From: Streblomastix strix | Lineage: Eukaryota | Direction of reading: 5' to 3' | DNA: 34,244 bases | NCBI GenBank assembly: GCA_008636045.1 | Contig: SNRW01000053.1 | Coordinates: 1 to 34,244 of the forward strand | Shown: positions 30,943 to 34,244 of the stretch, in pieces | How the letters are laid out: each line of letters begins with the position of its first letter | How positions within the stretch are numbered: position 1 is the stretch's first letter | Made by a program: the position numbers and the translations under genes | The notes under the pieces: generated by a model | Database searches by the model: none | What the model was told of the DNA's origin: nothing | Seen by the model: the letters and a program-made list of their open reading frames with translations, nothing else

Positions 30943-33900
30943 ATGTCAGCTTACGGTTTTTTTCTAGCTGGTGTTTTCAACGTGCAAGAGTCTTTGATTA
31001 ATGTGCGTTATTATTCTTGTTAGTATTCTTACTTATTTATATATTCTTTCAATAAATTGACGAATAGCGAGATAGATTAGGTGAAGTAGTTGTGAGTTAC
31101 AGGTTTCTTATCTCTTTTTTTGATAGAATGAGTAAAAATTGGCTTGGTGATACATTTGAAGGCCCACTTCATGAACCAGACCAACCAGAGATAAGTGTTT
31201 ATTCAAGTTCAATGCAAAATCTCTTCTTCTTCTTAACTCAAGATGGCGATAATGTAAAGATTGTTTTAGAATTGACACTTGTTGGTTTGCAAGATAATCC
31301 ATTTTTTATATTGATTTATATTAAATATCATTCAGCTACTGATAATTTAAATAGAGTAGTAATGGAAGCTGGATTAGGATGGACATATATTAATCTAATT
31401 GATTAACGTCCTGATATCGATCTTTCAGATGCTCCTTTCACTTCTTTTATTGGAAATGGGAAAGTAGAACAGGTTTATATTATTATACTATATAATTACT
31501 ATTATACTATAATATATAATACATAGTTGAATTTATACAAAGGAACACCTCGTATACTCCTTCATGGTGAACCAGATAATGTAGTCCCCAATACAACAGT
31601 CAATTATTGTTTATTCAGTCACAACAAACTGTAGAAGTATAACCAGTTTCTACCTTCATATTATATATTTGATGAGAGAAATGGATCTGAATCAATAGTT
31701 GGTCTTCTTTCTCCGCATGTCAGGTACATAATAAGAAGAGGATTCAGAAATAGACTTTTAAGACAGAAAGGAAGATTAGTTGATGAAATAAGGAGAATAG
31801 AAGGTGATGAATAGATAATAAATAAGGATAAGGACAAGGATATGAATAAGAGCTAGAATGAGTAAGAAGATAATTAGAAGAGTGTCAATAGTGGAGATGA
31901 TGAGAATAAGAATATTAGTAAGGATGAATAAGATCATATTGGAAAGAGTAAATAAAAGACTAGGAAGATTAAAAAGAAATTGAATAAGAAAGAATAATTA
32001 ATGATAAAAGAATTAAAGAAGAAATTAACTGATATCAACAATATATTGGCTGATGATGAATTTGGAGCTGATAAGAAGAAGATTGGAATTGAATAACTCC
32101 CTTAATATATACAGTCTAATTTATAAGTGATTCCTCCTCCATAGGTTATACCTCAATAATAAAAGTAATCTTCATCAGAATCAACTGAGATATAAACATA
32201 TTAATAAACGCCGAATATTAAATAATAAAACAACATATTCAAGAAATGGATTAATAAATAGTAGAAGAAGTTATAGAAGTCTTTTGAATAAGGAATAATG
32301 CAAAAAGAGAAAGAAGCAAAAAAAGAGATATTTGAAGCATTGACATAAGAAAGAAGGAAATAAAGTCAGAGTAAATAAAAATGGGGAAAATAGAAGCAGA
32401 AATAAAAAGGGAAATAGAAATAAAGAGAAGAAAGAGAATCAGGAAAGAAAAGAAAGAAAGGATCAGATTAAGAAGAAGAAGAAGAAGATGATGAAGATGA
32501 TAATAAGAAGAAAAGAAAAAAAGTGAAGAAGAAGAAAACAATTAAGAAGAAGAAGAAGAAGAAATCAAGTGATGAAGATGATGAAGATGAAGATGAAGAA
32601 GAGGAAGAAGAAGATGAAGAAGAATAAGATGATGAAGATGAAGAATAAAATACAGAAGAATTATTAAGAGAATTAGAAGAAGAAGAAGAAGATGAAGAAG
32701 AAGAGGAGGAGGAGGAAGAAGAAGAAGAAACTAAAAAGGAAGAAGAAGAAGAAGAAAGTGAAGAAGAAGAGGAAGAAGAAGAAGAAGAGAATATTATTAC
32801 TGAAGAAACAGCTCATTTTAAGATATTACCAATATTGGGAACATATCAAACTGCTGATGGGCTTCTTATTACTTGTTGGTTGGATTCTTCATTTTGGGAG
32901 AATTAAGATTTCTCAACTTATTTCATTACACAGGCATAACGTATCCTATTTGGGAATTAGTAACAATTCTAATTTGGAGTTAATATTAACAACATTAATT
33001 AAAAAGAGAATAAAATTCTAAAGAAACCTGAATCTTTGCATTCAATGAAAGATAAGTAACAAACAACCATATAAATAACCTAACAATCATTGAAGACATT
33101 ATTATAAATGATGGGAATAAGAGATTCAGGTAAAGAGACAAGAGGAAGATATGCATTTGCTCATCTATTATACTAGTTAATTACATTTGTTAAAGGATAT
33201 TCTGAAATATCCGTATAATAAGATTAAACTTAGAATTAGAGTTAGACATAAATATAAAGGACATCATCTCCAACATAATCATCTTCTAATTCATAAATCA
33301 ATTAATTAGTATCAGTAGATTATAGATCAAATGGTAGATTAGGGGGTACTGTATTTGGATAAGGTAAATGGAATGGAAGTGGACTAATGTAGTGGTCAAT
33401 ATCATCTACAATATCACCTGGTCCTGGAGATCAATTCCATAAATTGAAGAATAAATTAGAATTCCCAGTTGGATACAGAACATTAAGAATGATAACAACA
33501 TAGAGACCTTGGGATCTTGGGGGTCCAGGTAAGAGTATGGGATTAGCTATGTTATAACAATAGAAGATGTAATTCATTCTAAAAGATGTCTAAGTATTAG
33601 TTCCTTATGGATATGAATAGGCCATTATTAGAGCATTAGATTATATAAGAAGATAAGAATAGAGAATAAGAGTGACTGAAGATGGTATGATGAATATATT
33701 TAGGATATTAAATAGATATATTTCATTTATTTGTATTATATATAAATAGATCCAAAAAGAGTATCAATCAAGTCAAGGACATTAGTAATAGTTATTCATA
33801 ATACACACAACATAATTGGATAACCTATAAGAATTCCATTAAAGAATAAAGGATAAATTGGAATGGATTAATTAAATAGCAAATAATAATCAGTCAATCT

Positions 33901-34244
33901 CAATTTTGGAAGTATTTCAGGAGGAAGAAGAGGATAAAAAGGAAAATTGAAGTAGAAAGTGAATAAAAGAGAATAAACAATAAGATAATCAGGATCAGGA
34001 ATCGGAAGAGGGAAGATTGTTGAATAATGGGTAATATAGGATGGAATTGATAGAAATAGAGACATGATTGATACTGGAGCTACTCTTAGAGGATCATAGC
34101 AATATGGTACATTAAGCAGATTATAAACAATTAGATTAACTGGAAAGAATTAGATTATATTGAATAATATATATCCTAATCCTAAGTTAGTAATTGTATT
34201 TATAATAGAAGTTGAAGTTGATATTCCAATCTGGCTCAATGCAC
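30943..34244 (+). CDS. NPHP4: Nephrocystin-4-like ciliary transition-zone protein, 5' part (runs off window); introns ~31003-31068, 31473-31526, 33685-33749
   Basis: YRFLISFFD..SKNWLGDTF, LNLYKGTPRILLH, NYCLFSH..L....QFLP...IVGLL, RTLVIVIHNTH and VIVFIIE match recalled NPHP4 N-terminal blocks in order. Start codon uncertain. Confidence 0.75.

Noticed and set aside
32692..33021. Poly-Lys/Arg ORF in the track
   Set aside because: Alternative frame of the poly-Glu tract in the NPHP4-like gene.

Overview
AT-rich eukaryotic (protist) DNA with short GT-AG introns. It uses a non-standard nuclear code in which TAA/TAG = Gln and TGA is the only stop, so the supplied standard-code ORF track is fragmented. 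The overall character suggests an oxymonad such as Streblomastix (inference). Bases 1-3.4 kb hold nested inverted repeats, a MITE-like element and tandem arrays. Bases 3.4-9.9 kb hold a decayed Polinton/Maverick-like endogenous virus: protein-primed PolB, retroviral-type integrase, an AT-hook protein and a phage-fibre-like repeat protein. At 10540-15095 is an unusual ~1476-aa chimeric gene: two ubiquitins, a helical/ARM-like region, a catalytically dead DEAD-box-like domain and a divergent arginine methyltransferase, all in one spliced frame. The rest contains a coiled-coil gene with an in-frame TGA, an intronless atypical kinase, WDR70, two hypothetical multi-exon genes, calcineurin A and the 5' part of NPHP4. 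All translations were done by eye; no database searches were run.
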